DNA of 64,000 nt. It comes from Octopus sinensis (Eukaryota). Shown here one piece after another: positions 38,612 through 51,742 of this stretch. The notes below the pieces were generated by a model. It worked only from the letters and a program-made list of their open reading frames with translations. It did not search any database and was not told the origin of the DNA. Numbering within the stretch: the stretch's first letter is position 1; each line of letters starts with the position of its first letter. The stretch covers positions 51,770,001-51,834,000 of the forward strand of contig NC_043003.1 of assembly GCF_006345805.1 (NCBI RefSeq), written 5' to 3'. A program made the translations under genes and the position numbers.

Positions 38612-40699
38612 GTCTGTGTTTGTGTTCATGCTGGTCTGAACAGTTGTAGACTGGAATACATATAGATGGCCAAATAAACCATACAGCCATCAACTAAAAA
38701 CTATAATGTTTACCTTAATAAACACTGTAAATTAGTCAAAATACTAGTCTGATGGTGAGTTAAGGAGAGTAGTGAGTGATTTATTAAAATTATAGCATCA
38801 TCATTATTGTTTTACTGTCCCATTTTACCATTTTCTACTGCTGCATGCCCTTCCTGTCACCAACCCTTGGCTGATTCTAAGCAAAGTAATATTTCCAATG
38901 GCCAGATATGTTTACACAGAAGACTGGAAATGAAGGACATTATATATATGACGGTGATACTCATTTACAACCATCATACAATGTAGAAACAAAGGGGCAT
39001 ATACATATACATACAGGCATACCACCCATCTCTTTTTATTGTGTAACTTTGTGCCAGTGTCAGAAAGCAATATTGTCTTAGCTGACATCAACTCTGCTCC
39101 TTATCCATCCTTCTACTCCATCTTTTCCACATTAAACAAATAACATCCATGTTCGGTATGATATCTCTCACCACTAAAGGAGCCTCCACATAGTTACTTA
39201 GCTTGCTAGTAGTAGCAGGCAAGATTTTTGAAATTTAACCTCAACTGTAGTTATATGTGAGAAATGGAATGGTCACAGCTATGTCTGGTCATAAAGCCAA
39301 CACAGTCAGATTAAATGGAAACAACTTTTAGGAGTCTTTATGAATGTAGGTCAAGACATATTTAAAAAAAAAAGGCAGGATAGTCACAATACAAAGACCT
39401 TTGATTATATGTGTTTCATTGAGTTTCTGAAAGGTTCCAAATTTCGGGGAGTGGGTGGGAGGTGAGACTCCTTAAATCTGTGTCAACCCATTGGTTGTCA
39501 TTCAAGGTGTACATGTATATTGAAGGGTGAGAGTGGTAGCTTATTCCAGCCAAGATAATTGAGGTATAATCACCTAAGCTGCTCAACAACGGCAACAACA
39601 ATAACAAAAAAATGATTTATCTGATTGTGCAACCTGCAAGAATTAGTGGTCAAATATTCCTAAAATCATATTCTACCATCTTCAAAACAGAAAGGTTGGA
39701 CACATTGGAAAATGTAATTTTAGATATACAAGGAAAATGAGATGGTCATAAATGGAATGATTATGGGTCAACTCAATTAGTAAAGAAGTGGGACTAAACA
39801 ACAACAGTAATAGCAGACAAAACGTAACCAATGCTCTCAAAGGTGAATTAGATATTTAAGCAATCAAAAGTTGACTATAACATATTAATTCAGACTACAA
39901 TCAGAGCAACAAGCATGTCACTCTAGGAACCTCCAAATAAATGTATAACCACCTGAAGTAGGAAATTAATTAATAGGTAAGGAACGAACAATATTGTAGA
40001 TTAGGTCACCATTAGTTTTTACACAAGGAGTGTATGAATAATCTACAATTGTTCATAATGACAACACATATCTGTGCATGTATGAGTATATATATATATA
40101 TATAAATGCTTAGAGAGCTCCTTAGAAGAAGTAGTTAGCTTCTGATACCTAGGTGATCTAATTAGCAGCGGAGAAGGTGTCTTTTGAAAGCTTAGTAACT
40201 TAAGAATGGAGAGGACCTCACAATGGCAATGACAATAATCCTCAAAAAGTGGTGAGACATGGAAGGAGAGATGTAAAATGATTACATGTCCATACATAGA
40301 CACTGAGTGTACTGAGTAATTGTGAGCACAGCTTGGTGTCCTGCAAGATGATCATAGCAAGCAGAGCAAAATATCCAAGTCAACTGGCATTTGTTAGTTT
40401 TAGGTAGTCGTGGCATTATTATTGTTCAGTGGTAGATTTCGTAATTGTGGTCAGTCCAGGAGACTTCTGGCATGAAAATAAATCCAATATATGAAAATTT
40501 CAATTTCCTCAGAGTTCATATACCATGCTCGTTCAGAATATGTAGGTGTAACTATATATGATGTACCATCACTCAGTTTGATCTGAGGCCGCCTTTGACT
40601 GTTTAAACATTTGTAACACTTGTTTTTATATGAGTGTAATATTATAAGGTATGTAATAATATGGAGTGCAGTATGTAGACATAAAGGTCTCTTCTTCTT

Positions 40700-41300
40700 G
40701 TCTTGAGACAGCATTCGCCCGGGGTGGGTCGAGCTGGCTTCAATCATCCTCAATGCTGCATTTCTCACAAACGCCAACCAGACCTGGCGATTTGAGGCTA
40801 ACAACCACGTGATCTCAAACCATTCCTTATTCCAGCGGCGAACGCCATAGATATGGGGGCCTAGGTTGGGCTCCGGATAAGCCTTGACTGTCATCAGCCA
40901 GGTTTTTCGTTGTCCACCACATTGCTTTCGCCAACCCTGAAGGGGAGCTGGGGCAATTGCTTCGTAGATGAATTCTCCTGGTTGACGACAGAGGGCATGA
41001 CCCAGCCAACGCAGACATCTCGTTAGGATGACTTGCCGGAGGGAGGTGATTTTGCACTGGTGTTGCATCGAATTGCTGGAGACAAGGTGATGCCATTGGA
41101 CACGAAGAATGCGGCATAGACAGAGGTGATCAAAGGATTCTAGTCGCTTAATATCTTCCACCCTCATCAGCCATGACTTGCTACCGTAAAGGAGAATCGT
41201 CCGCACTAGTGCTTAGTAGATCTACTTTGGTGGTGCATCGGATCTGAGATCTGAGACATAAAGGATCCAGTGTGGAACTCTGATTGTGGTGCATGATCCC
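40700..41300 (-). mobile_element. 5'-truncated RTE-clade LINE (post-RT C-terminal region)
   Basis: ORF 40451..41206 contains RTILLYGSKSW...FDHLCLCRIL...LRWLGHALCR...GGQRKTW, followed by a (CAAGA)-like tail. The ORF reads on beyond the element into flanking DNA. Confidence 0.88.
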
Positions 41301-43254
41301 AGTCAGCCTTGCTGAATCAGACTTATGGTATATAGCAAGTTAGTCAAACACAATAGTCTGGACATGTGTTAACTATAGAGTGACGGGTTGGATATGTTGT
41401 GCTTGTGCAGAGTGCTTTCACAGTCTGGACATGTTATGTGTTATGAAATATGTGACAACTAGGCTGTAATAACTATAAGTTGATATTATAAAACACCTGA
41501 TGGTAGATGTAGAATAGAGAGGTGGAGAGAGAGAGAGAGAGAGAGAGAGACTAAAGAATAGCTGGAATGAAGGGGCTCAATCATACCTTAATGTGTGTGT
41601 GTGTGAATTGCCATAGTTGTTTTAAGATTTCGGAGTCTATGTCTCTATATGATTACACCACCTGCTAGAAATAGTAACATGATCTCCTTAACTCACAACC
41701 CCACAACCTTAGCACAGTTAAAACAAATTGAAAAAAATGTAGTGTCAAGATTCCATGAAAAAAAAAATGATACAGACATAGCTGAGATGCCTTTCATTAC
41801 AGTTCTATTTGATCATAGTTGACAACTCCCTCCCAGAATGTAACAAAGACATGAAATTAATATTATTGAAGGAAGACAGGGTATTAATAACAACAATAAT
41901 GATGTCACATGCACCTCTGTAAAATATGAGATTCTGTTATTCAAGCAATCATACAATAAATCATGCAGGACTCTTTTCCTGTATGTAGGAATTTTTGTCA
42001 ACAGTTCAAGGAAACTATGATGATGAGGCCTAATGAATTGAAACACAAGGAGAATATCCAACATACTACTTTGTCCATTAACAGCTAGCAACAGGTGAAA
42101 AGAAAAGAACATAATTAAAAGAAACTGAATGAGGTGGGGAGAGTGAGTATGGACAAAAATATACATACATACATGCATTTTCACATAAATACATTATTGT
42201 ACGAGTTGTTTAACCCAAGGGTAGCTCTGATTGAGCAGACCTATGATCGAAAGTTTTACATTCCAAACTATTTATCCTGTCTTTCTTTCCAGGACCATGC
42301 ATTTAATAGTACATTATTGAACATTAGTGTATAATTTAAGGAAGATTTGACTGCTATTTCTTGCAGGGCCAGCAAGTGCATAGAGGTTTTATTTCTTTGT
42401 TGTTGAGCCCCCAAACTAGCCCTATTCAAAAGGCATTCCTGCTGTAACCTTACTGTTTATTTTATAAGATTATGTAGGACTTCATTATGTGTCCCTTTTT
42501 GTCCCTTAAGATGGTACAGTGTGAGTGGAGTGGAATTTGGGTTGTTATTTCAAATAAGTCAGACTATGGAAAGGCTCTTTTCTTCCCTTTGCTGTTAGTG
42601 GTGATGGTAATGGTGGGGGGTTGATAATCCATTGGATAGCTTGAGCAGGGAGTGTGGAGGTGAGATGAGCAGACACTGAAAACCACAGAGATATCTTGTG
42701 TAAAATTGCAGATGTACTAAATTAAAGTAACTAAACTAAACTACACAGCAATAATAGTTTGTATACCAAGGTTGCTGTTGCTGTTACCACTACCACCACC
42801 ACCACTTGCCAAGAGGTGAATCTTTATGTATCTGTTAGAAATAGCAGCCAAATCTCCCTCAATTCAGACTGTACCTTCCAAAAAAAACAAAAGAAAAAAA
42901 AAGGACTGGATACACAATGTCTAACAAAAAAGAACAAAAAAAGACTGGATAGCCACGGTTGGATTGCCTTTGACCACAGGGTCAATCCAATCAGTGTTGA
43001 CCTAGGATTGCTAAACAACTAATAAAATAATGCGATGCAAGGCCATGAAATTGGGACAGTACGGAGAGAATAAGCCAGATAGTTTATTTCATTAACCCTG
43101 GAAGGATGAAAGGCAAAGTTGTGCTCAGTGAGATTAAAAACTCAGAATGTGAAGCGAACTAAGTAAATACTGCAAGGCATCTTATTTGTTACTCTGCCAA
43201 ATCTGCTGCCTTAACATTGATGAGGATGATGATGATAATGTTGATCTTAGATTC

Positions 43255-43256
<2 letters not shown>

Positions 43257-43304
<48 letters not shown>

Positions 43305-43319
43305 TAATAATAATAATAA
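43257..43319. repeat. (TAA)n microsatellite
   Basis: Direct observation. Confidence 0.95.
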
Positions 43320-43817
43320 TCTTAACTGATTGGAAGTGTTATCATGTACATTGTTTTGTCTTGGTATAAAAGATGGGCTACAGCAAATATTCTGCTCAAT
43401 ACCAAAAATTTGCTTGTCAGTTGTTTGGCCATAACCAGTTGAGCATTGTTTCTTAGTGGCTGACGATATGTGCATCTCTGATCACGAGCAGAAGTAGTGG
43501 GGGAGCATCATAGCCATGTGTTGAGGGGGATTCTTTGGGGTCTGAATAATTCACCTCTGGAAACATGGGTGTTTTGTTCATCATTCTTAAACAAACCTTA
43601 TTCAGGGACCTTTTGAGTAGGATGGGCTACTCGACCTGAAGAAAAGTCTAACTGGGCCCCACCTGCAAGGTTATGTGCTGTTTATCTTGATATGAGATTA
43701 CTATGTCATGCATGTGCCTAGTGTACCCCTATCAAATGGGTATACTGGGCTTTGTAGATTTTGCCCCAGTGTCACTTTGATGGAATGCACTGCTCTTTCA
43801 CTCAATAATAATAATAA
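43320..43817 (+). mobile_element. LINE 3'-end-like repeat with (AAT)n tail, copy 2
   Basis: cttaactgattggaagtgttatcatg...ctcaataataat; preceded by a (TAA)n array. Confidence 0.7.
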
Positions 43818-44554
43818 TTATTATTATTATTATTATTTAAAATATTGGCACAAGGCCAGCAATTTCAGAGTAGTAAGTTGATTACATTGACCTCAATATT
43901 CAATGGTATTTCTTTTTTTTTTATCGATCCTGGAAGGATGACAGGCAAAGTTAACCTCAATGGAATTTGAACACAGAATGTAAAGATGAACGAAATGCCA
44001 CTAAGCATTTTGTCTGGTGTGTTACTGGTTCTGCCAGCTCACTGCCTTTTAATAATGAGTCATGAGAAATATTGCTAGGCCTTTTGTCCAATGCACTAAT
44101 GATTCTGTCTTTTAGATTCTAATAATTCTTTTTAATTTTAGCATGAGGCAAGCAATTTTGAGAGCAGGGAGGGGAGTAGGTTGATTACATGGACCCCGGT
44201 ACTTGACTGGTAGTTATTTTATTGATCCCAAAGGATGATAGGTACAGCTGACCTTGGTGGAATTGGAACTCAAGAATGTAGAGCTGAATGAAATGCTGTT
44301 TAGCATTTTACCCAATGTGCTAATGGTTCTGCCAGCTTGCTTTACATAAAAGACTTCTTTTAACTCTCTTACAGAAGTGTATCAAAGTGACTGAGGTCAT
44401 TACACTGTATGTCATTTCTTGGGCATAACAACCCTCTCTACTGCCCTAACACACACACACACACATACCGCCATACTCATTTTTCACTTAAGATAATTTT
44501 TAATTTCACTATGTTTAGATACATGCCAATTTTGAAAATAATATATATAGCCAG

Positions 44555-44950
44555 TACCGCATCGACTGGCCTCCGTGCTGTGGGCACGTAACAAGCACCA
44601 TCCGATCGTGGCCGTTTGCCAGCCTCATCTGGCACCTGTGTCGGTGGCACATAAAAACACCATCCGAGCGTGGCCGTCTGCCAGCCTCGTCTGGCACCTG
44701 TGTCGGTGGCACATAAAAAACACCATCCGCGCGTGGCCGTTTGCCAGCCTCGTCTGGCACCTGTGTCGGTGGCACATAAAATCACCCACTACACTCTCGG
44801 AGTGGTTGGCGTTAGGAAGGGCATCCAGCTGTAGAAACACTGCCAGATCTGACTGGACTGGTGCAGCTTTCGGGCTCCCCAGACCCCAGTTGAACCGTCC
44901 AACCCATGCTAGCATGGAAAGCGGACGTTAAATGATGATGATGATGATGA

Positions 44951-44951
<1 letters not shown>
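44555..44951 (+). mobile_element. SINE-like family C (ATG tail) with a triplicated internal 62-63-bp unit
   Basis: gtggttggcgttaggaagggcatccagc...catggaaagcggacgttaa(atg)n; three units at 44596, 44658 and 44721. Confidence 0.85.
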
Positions 44952-45005
<54 letters not shown>

Positions 45006-45064
45006 TATAGATATATATATAGATATAGATATATATATAGATATAGATATATATATATATATAG

Positions 45065-45095
<31 letters not shown>

Positions 45096-45105
45096 ATATA
45101 TACAC
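44952..45105. repeat. Compound (AT)n/(ATATAG) microsatellite
   Basis: Direct observation. Confidence 0.95.
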
Positions 45106-46039
45106 ACATACACACATATGCATATATGCTTACACACGCAAACATACAATACACACATATACATATGTACATGCATTTTTTACACACACACATTATATAT
45201 AATGATATAAAGAAGACAAAAAAACATTCACACACTGACACACTGAGACATACTTATGTAAAGACATATTAAATTCCTAATATCTATTTCTCATATAGGA
45301 ACAAGCTCACAAATGTACATACAGAGCAGGGGGTTAGGCAGTTGAATTGACCCCAGTATGTGTGACTGATACATATTTTATCAACAACCAAAGTGGGATT
45401 TGAACAAGGATGTAACTGAATACCATAAAGAATTTTTACCCCCACATTCTGTTGTTTCAACCACTTTACTCCTTCCCACTCAGTTTAATATAAACAACAC
45501 ATGCAATAGCTTTCTATGTCAACAGTCAGCTCATTAAAGTTTCTTATTAGAACAAACAAACAAGTCCTATAAGGAAGATACACATTCTTACTCTTGTCCT
45601 GTTACAATCTCTGCATGTCCCCACCATCATACTAAAAACACTTTCTAGGGATGTGTATGTGGTAAAGAAATTTTCCCAGCAACCATTTGTTTTCGGGGAT
45701 TTAATCCTGCTGAAGGGTAACTGTAGCAAATGTTATCAATCATATACGAGGACGAACCAATACTTTGTTGAGTGGAACTTGATAGATTAAGATTCTGTGG
45801 AACCTGTCATGGTAAACTTAGGCAGGTGTCTTCTATTATAGCCCTAAGCAACCAAAGGCATGTGCATGGAAAGTGAAGTCAATCGTATATATGTCAAACA
45901 TGTAAAACTAATCCACAGGCATTTTGCCTGGCTTTCTTCTTTTTTTGTATTTCTTTTCTTTTCTTATTTCTCCTGGACTTTCCCCTGGTGTCTAAAGAAG
46001 GATTGTATCCAAAACCTTAAAAGTTTTGTACCTTCCGAG

Positions 46040-47051
46040 CAGGCATTGTCGAAAATGCATTGCAGAGCTTGCAATAAATTTATTTCGTTGCAATGAATTT
46101 ATTGCATTTTATTTTTTTTTTTTAATAAATTAATTGCATTTTCTTTCGTCACAATAAATAATTGCAATAAATTGCAATGCTCTTCAGAAAATCCCCTTGT
46201 AAAATTTTTACGCATCCAAAAATGTCATTTTTTGCAAAAATAACTACATTCCTAATGAAAGCTCTACTTTCTTGATTTTGATTGATCTGTTTCTTTGCTG
46301 TCCAAAATATGTTTGGATCACCTACAATTTTCTAAAAATTCTTACACCGCCTGCCAGAATGGCAATATCGACCACCAAATGTGTGATATGACCTAGGATG
46401 GAAAAACATGCCTACAACGCTTCCCTTAGGGCCCATACCACCCCAATCAAGACAGAAAAAAACATATGAATGGAAAAAGGATGGTTTCATACTATTAGCA
46501 ATTAAAATGAGTATGCATTTAACAATTTACATGAGGGGATTGGATGAAACGATACGCAAAACAAGTTCATTATCCCAAAGATGGTCATTTACTCTTAAAA
46601 ACAGTTGTATCTCCAGATATATGGGTAATAATTGATGTCTTGTATCATTGAAGGCATTTGCTGCTACACTGAAGAACCTTTCATCCAAGTTAGTCGTTAG
46701 CAAAATGAAAGCTATATAACATGGTTGGCTGGCACCTATCTCGCTTCGATGCTTTTTTAGGCCATTGCAAGCGAAGTTGTTCGATTCATTGTCCAAAACC
46801 GTTTCTTGTTCTGGTGTATTGGGCAGCTTTAAGGTTACAACAGATTCCTTTTCCTCTGCAGCCAGCTCAGTGGCTTTTTGTATTTTTACCTAAGACTTCT
46901 CAAACAAAGGGAATTGGATTGCAATTAATTGCAATCTTCGCAATAAATTATTGCAATAATTGTAGCTTTGCAATAAATTATTGCAATTGAAAAGAGCTTA
47001 GCAGTAAATTAATTTATTGCAATTACTGCAATTAATTTTTGACAACTCATG
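46040..47051 (-). mobile_element. Non-autonomous hAT DNA transposon (deletion derivative) with transposase C-terminal remnant
   Basis: Perfect 8-bp TSD cttccgag (46032-46039 and 47052-47059). Imperfect TIRs caggcattgtcgaaaa / rc catgagttgtcaaaaa. Many subterminal TTGCAATAAAT motifs. The minus-strand peptide TTNLDERFFSVAANAFNDTRHQLLPIYLEIQLFLRVNDHLW fits the hAT dimerisation motif. Confidence 0.85.
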
Positions 47052-47663
47052 CTTCCGAGAGTGTCGGTCTAATAATAATATCTGTGAATGTCTCTTGTAC
47101 TTTTGTAAGGTTGTTTTGCAAGTGTTAATGTTTTTAATTTATTGCAGTCTGCAACAAAACTATTTGATAAATAAGTTATCATAAGTCTTTTCTTTGATAT
47201 TGGTTAATTAGCGATACTACTTGCCCTTCAAATATATATATACATGTTTATGTAATTTTTGCCAATGTCTTTATCAACACAATTTATGAATGAACCTGAG
47301 TGAAGAAATGAAAAATTTGTTTTAAGTCCTTTTATATATTTGATTTGCCTGTCATTACAGACACTCCCTCATCAATCTTAGAGAAATCCAGTAAACCAGT
47401 AATGCTACTGTTCACCTTTATCTGTTACTACATAAAATAAAATATGAATCCTCTTTGCCCCCAGAACTGTAAGCATCTGGAACTCCAATTCTAGTACTAT
47501 GTTTTTCCTTATAAAAAAACAATCTGCAAAGATTCAATCTGGCTATCAAGCCTCACTAACAGAGTCCTGCAAAAGACATGTGCTGTGTTCCTTTTTTTCT
47601 CCTACAAGGCTTTTGATTTTTGGCCACAAGGCGTCGTACTTAGAGTGTTTAAATGATTCTAAT

Positions 47664-48018
47664 ATTTTAAACCTTTTGGTATTTAAGCTGGCCACATCCA
47701 ACCAAAATATTCTATGTTACTTTATGTTCAAACTAGCAAGATCTGGCTTCTTACACCTACCATATAAAGTCTTTTTTATGCCTGACAACTGATGTTTATG
47801 TCCCTTTAACTTAGCTGTTTGGCAATAGAAACCAATAGAATAAGTACTAGGCTTACAAAGAATATGTCCCGGGGTCAATTTCTTCGCCTAAAACCTTTTA
47901 AAGTGGTGCTCCAGTATGGCCACAGTCAAATGACTGAAACGTGTAAAAGAGCAATAAATTCTAAACAATGTGAATAAGCATAACACTTGATATAGTAATA
48001 TGAATGTTAAAGGGTTAA
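47664..48018 (+). mobile_element. piggyBac-like MITE, family 2, interrupted by a SINE 3' tail (~47790-47950)
   Basis: tttaaaccttttggtatttaagctggcc...aatgttaaagggttaa with a family A SINE tail nested inside. Confidence 0.6.
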
Positions 48019-49624
48019 GGGTGCCTTTTGATAACAACTCCTGGAAGTAAGAAGGATTTAAAAAAAAGTTATCTCAATGGAAATTGAACTCAAAATGTGA
48101 AAAAAGCCTGTAACTAAATGCTGCAAGTAATTAGTCTTGCACTCCATTGCTTCTGCGAGTGAACCCACAGAAGCATAAAAAAAGAAAAAGAAAAAAAAGT
48201 CAAATTTAAACAGTAATTTGCTAATTAGTATGTTCAATGCTTCCTTACTTATGGGATACAGTACAATTTGTAGAGACACACACACATTTTACAGATATGC
48301 ATACACACATACAGAAAAAAGAACAAGAAAATGTGGTTTTGGTGAAGACCAACCCTACTGAAACAAATTAAGTAAGACTACCAAGTTCATTAAAAAAAAC
48401 TGCTGCTGTCACCCACAACCGCTACCATCCAACTACCACCCTTCTGAACATCACTACCACCCAGTGCCTACTACTTCCACCTGCCAACCAAGCTGGTACA
48501 AATACAACCACCAACACTGACACCATTAATGTCATATTTCTCAACTATAAAACATAGTCTCAAAAACTTTAAATATTACTTGTTAGTAAAGAGTTTTAAT
48601 TGCTGAATTTAATAATCATCATCATTTAATGTCTGTTTTCTATGCTGGCAGGGGTTGGACAGTTTGACAGGAGCTGGCCAGCCAGTGAGCCACCCGGGCT
48701 CCAATTTGTCTATTTTGGTATGGTTTCTATTGCTGGATGCCCTTTCTATTGCCAACCACTTTACAGAGTGTACTGGGAGCTTTTTATGTGGCACCAATAC
48801 CAGTAATAATAATTTTCTGTAATTTAGGCACAAGTCAATTTTGATGAGGGCTGGGGGAGTAGTCAATATCATTGACCCCAGCACTTAATTTATCAACCCT
48901 AAAAAAGATGAAGGCTGACTGTGGCAGAATTTGAATACAAAATGTTGAGTTGGAATAAATACTGCAAAACATTAATTCTATTGTTCTGATGATTCAGTCA
49001 GTTTACCATTTTAATAAAAATTTAGGAAGTCTTTGTTTAGCAAATGTTCTACATTTGATACTATAGCATGGGATTGTGGCCAGGTGTTTTCTGTAATCTT
49101 CAAATGAGGAATACCTTGTGAGTGGAATAAAGTAGTCAGAAACTTTGCAGAAGCCCTTTATGTTTGTGTGTGTATGTGGGCTGGTATTTGTGCCTGTACA
49201 TGTGGGTGCAATTGTGTGTATATTTAAAACTGATGTAAAATTTAGTGTTAACAATGTGTCTTTTTATGTCACATAACTTTATAATTGAATGATTTCACAA
49301 ATATTGATTGCTAAAATAATATCAAATTGAAATAAATAGAGGGAGTGATATGGTCGTCTAAAACTTTGAAGGTAGTGTCTCAGCACGGTTGCTGTTCAGT
49401 GATTTAAAAAGAGTACATTAAAAAGTTGCAATTACATACATGCATGCAACTGCACTGTCTTAATGCAGCTACATCATGGCACTAGTAATTGTATATTGGT
49501 GGGTTGTCATTTTCTTTATTTTAACTTTTTTTTTTTGGTTTTGCTATTTTTACATACGTGCATACATACATTATATGAATGTGTTTATTCCTGTTTCTTT
49601 GTTTTGGTATTATTCTTTTTATTC

Positions 49625-50085
49625 TTTTACTTGTTTCAGCCATTTGACTGTGGCCATGCTGGAGCACCGCCTCTAGCCGAGCAAATCAACCCCAGGACTT
49701 CTTTGTAAGCCTAGTACTTATTCTATTGGTCTCTTTTGCCAAACCACTAAGTTATAGGGACATAAACACACCAGCATCGGTTGTCAAGCGATGTTGGGGG
49801 GGGGACTAACATGGACACACAAACATATATACACACACACACACATATATATATACGACGGGCTTCTTTCAGTCTCCATCTACCAAATCCACTCACAAGC
49901 CTTTGGTCGGCCTGAGGCTATAGTAGAAAACACTTGCCCAAGTATATATATATATGACAGACTTCTTTCAGTTTCTGCCTACCAAATCCACTCACAAAGC
50001 TTTGGTTGCCCAAAGTGCCATGCAGTGGGACTGAACCTGGAACCATGTGGTTGGTAAGCAAGCTACTTGCCACACAGCCACTCCT
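49625..50085 (-). mobile_element. Family A SINE with duplicated central segment
   Basis: The segment cttctttcagt...taccaaatccactcacaa occurs twice (~49860 and ~49970). Confidence 0.85.
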
Positions 50086-51319
50086 GGAAATGAGTGGGAA
50101 CATGAGCAGAATTTTAAACAAAAATCACCATCATACAAGCAGTGTCTTCAGTTAAATCTTGTCCATCCGTTATTCTGTTTATGCTTAAAGGACAAGGGGA
50201 AATATTACCTAGTTTGAAAATAATTAAAAGCTGGCGATACGCAAAGCACTTTACCATAAAAGATCTGTCAATGAATTTCACCCGACCCAGTGAAAGTGAT
50301 GATAATGAATTAAGAATCTAGATGAGTTTCATTATACAACTAATATTTGTCATCATTAAGCTAATAGGTGGAAAGCTGGCAGAATCATTAGCATGCCAGA
50401 CAAATGTTCTGAGTTCAAATTCCGCCAAGGTTCACTTTGTATTTTATTCTTTCGGTGTCAACAAAACTGACTAGCCCGTTACCCAAAATTTCAGGCTTTG
50501 TGCCTATAATACAAACGATTATTTATTCATTAGAAAAAATGCTTTCTGATATCTAGTTATTGCTTTTTATGTTCAAAGTTTAAGCCCCTCTGAGATCAAT
50601 TTTTACCTTTCATTCTTCTTAGATTGAAAACTAAGGCACCAGCCAGTCAACTACTGGGAATGACTTAATTGACTAACTTAACACTTCTCCTCAAATCTAT
50701 GTCCCTGTGCCTATGTTAGGAATGGTTATTAAAGTGGTAGACAAAACCCTTTCTCTCTGGCCAATGCCTAACTTTTTCAATAACTATTCCAAGATGAAAG
50801 TGGTGGCTTCAAAGATTGGGAGAGGGCACATGCTTTGGTATTCCTCACAGACTATGTTTTTTGGTATGGGCGGGAGGTGGGGGTGTTCTCTGATTGGCCT
50901 TGTGCTGTCCCTCACCATTCAACACACAGACACACACACACAGATCATCATCAACAGCAGTATTATCATCATTTTTAATGTCCGTCTTACAACGCTGGCA
51001 TAAGTTGGACTGGATATTTTGAGGTAGTAGTTCATGGCCAGATACCCTTCTAGTGCCAACGGTTATCTTAAAGACAGTAAAAGATATTTGCTTAAGCAGA
51101 TTTCGCCTACTATATGGAGCAGGTCAAAGTTCACAGGCAGCAGCAAAAAACAAAAAAACCCAATCAATAACGAACACACACATTAATATATAAATGTCGC
51201 CTGATTAATATTTCAGATATGAAACCATTAGTTAGTAACGATGTGTTTATCTGCAAATTGACTTAGTCCCCACTTGTACTAAATACTCGATTTTTGTTCA
51301 TGGAGATTTGTTTACAATA

Positions 51320-51742
51320 TATTTCTTTTACTACCCACAAGGGGCTAAACACAGGGAGGACAAACAAGGACAGACAAACGGATTAAGTCGATATCGATCC
51401 CCAGTGCGTAACTGGTATTTAATTTATCGACCCCGAAAGGATGAAAGGCAAAGTCGATCTCGGCGGAATTTGAACTCAGAACGTAGCGGCAGACGAAATA
51501 CCTATTTCTTTACTACCCACAAGGGGCTAAGCTAATCACAGAGGGGACAAACAAGGACAGACACGCGGATTAAGTCGATTATATCGACCCTAGTGCGGAA
51601 CTGGTATCTAATTTATCGACCCCGAAAGGATGAAAGGCAAAGTCGACCTCGGTGGAATTTGAACTCAGAACGTAGCGGCAGACGAAATACTGCTAAGCAT
51701 TTCGCCCGGTGTGCTAACGTTTCTGCCAGCTCGCCGCCTTAA
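51320..51742 (-). mobile_element. Family B SINE head-to-tail dimer with 14-bp TSD
   Basis: TSD atttgtttacaata at 51306-51319 and 51743-51756; internal junction at ~51501. Confidence 0.92.

Noticed and set aside
40451-41206. 251-aa ORF as a nested host gene
   Set aside because: It is the C-terminus of an RTE LINE ORF reading through into flanking DNA.
44596-44782. CRISPR-like appearance of three regular repeats
   Set aside because: The units are contiguous with no unique spacers, there are no cas genes, the context is eukaryotic, and they lie inside a SINE-like element.
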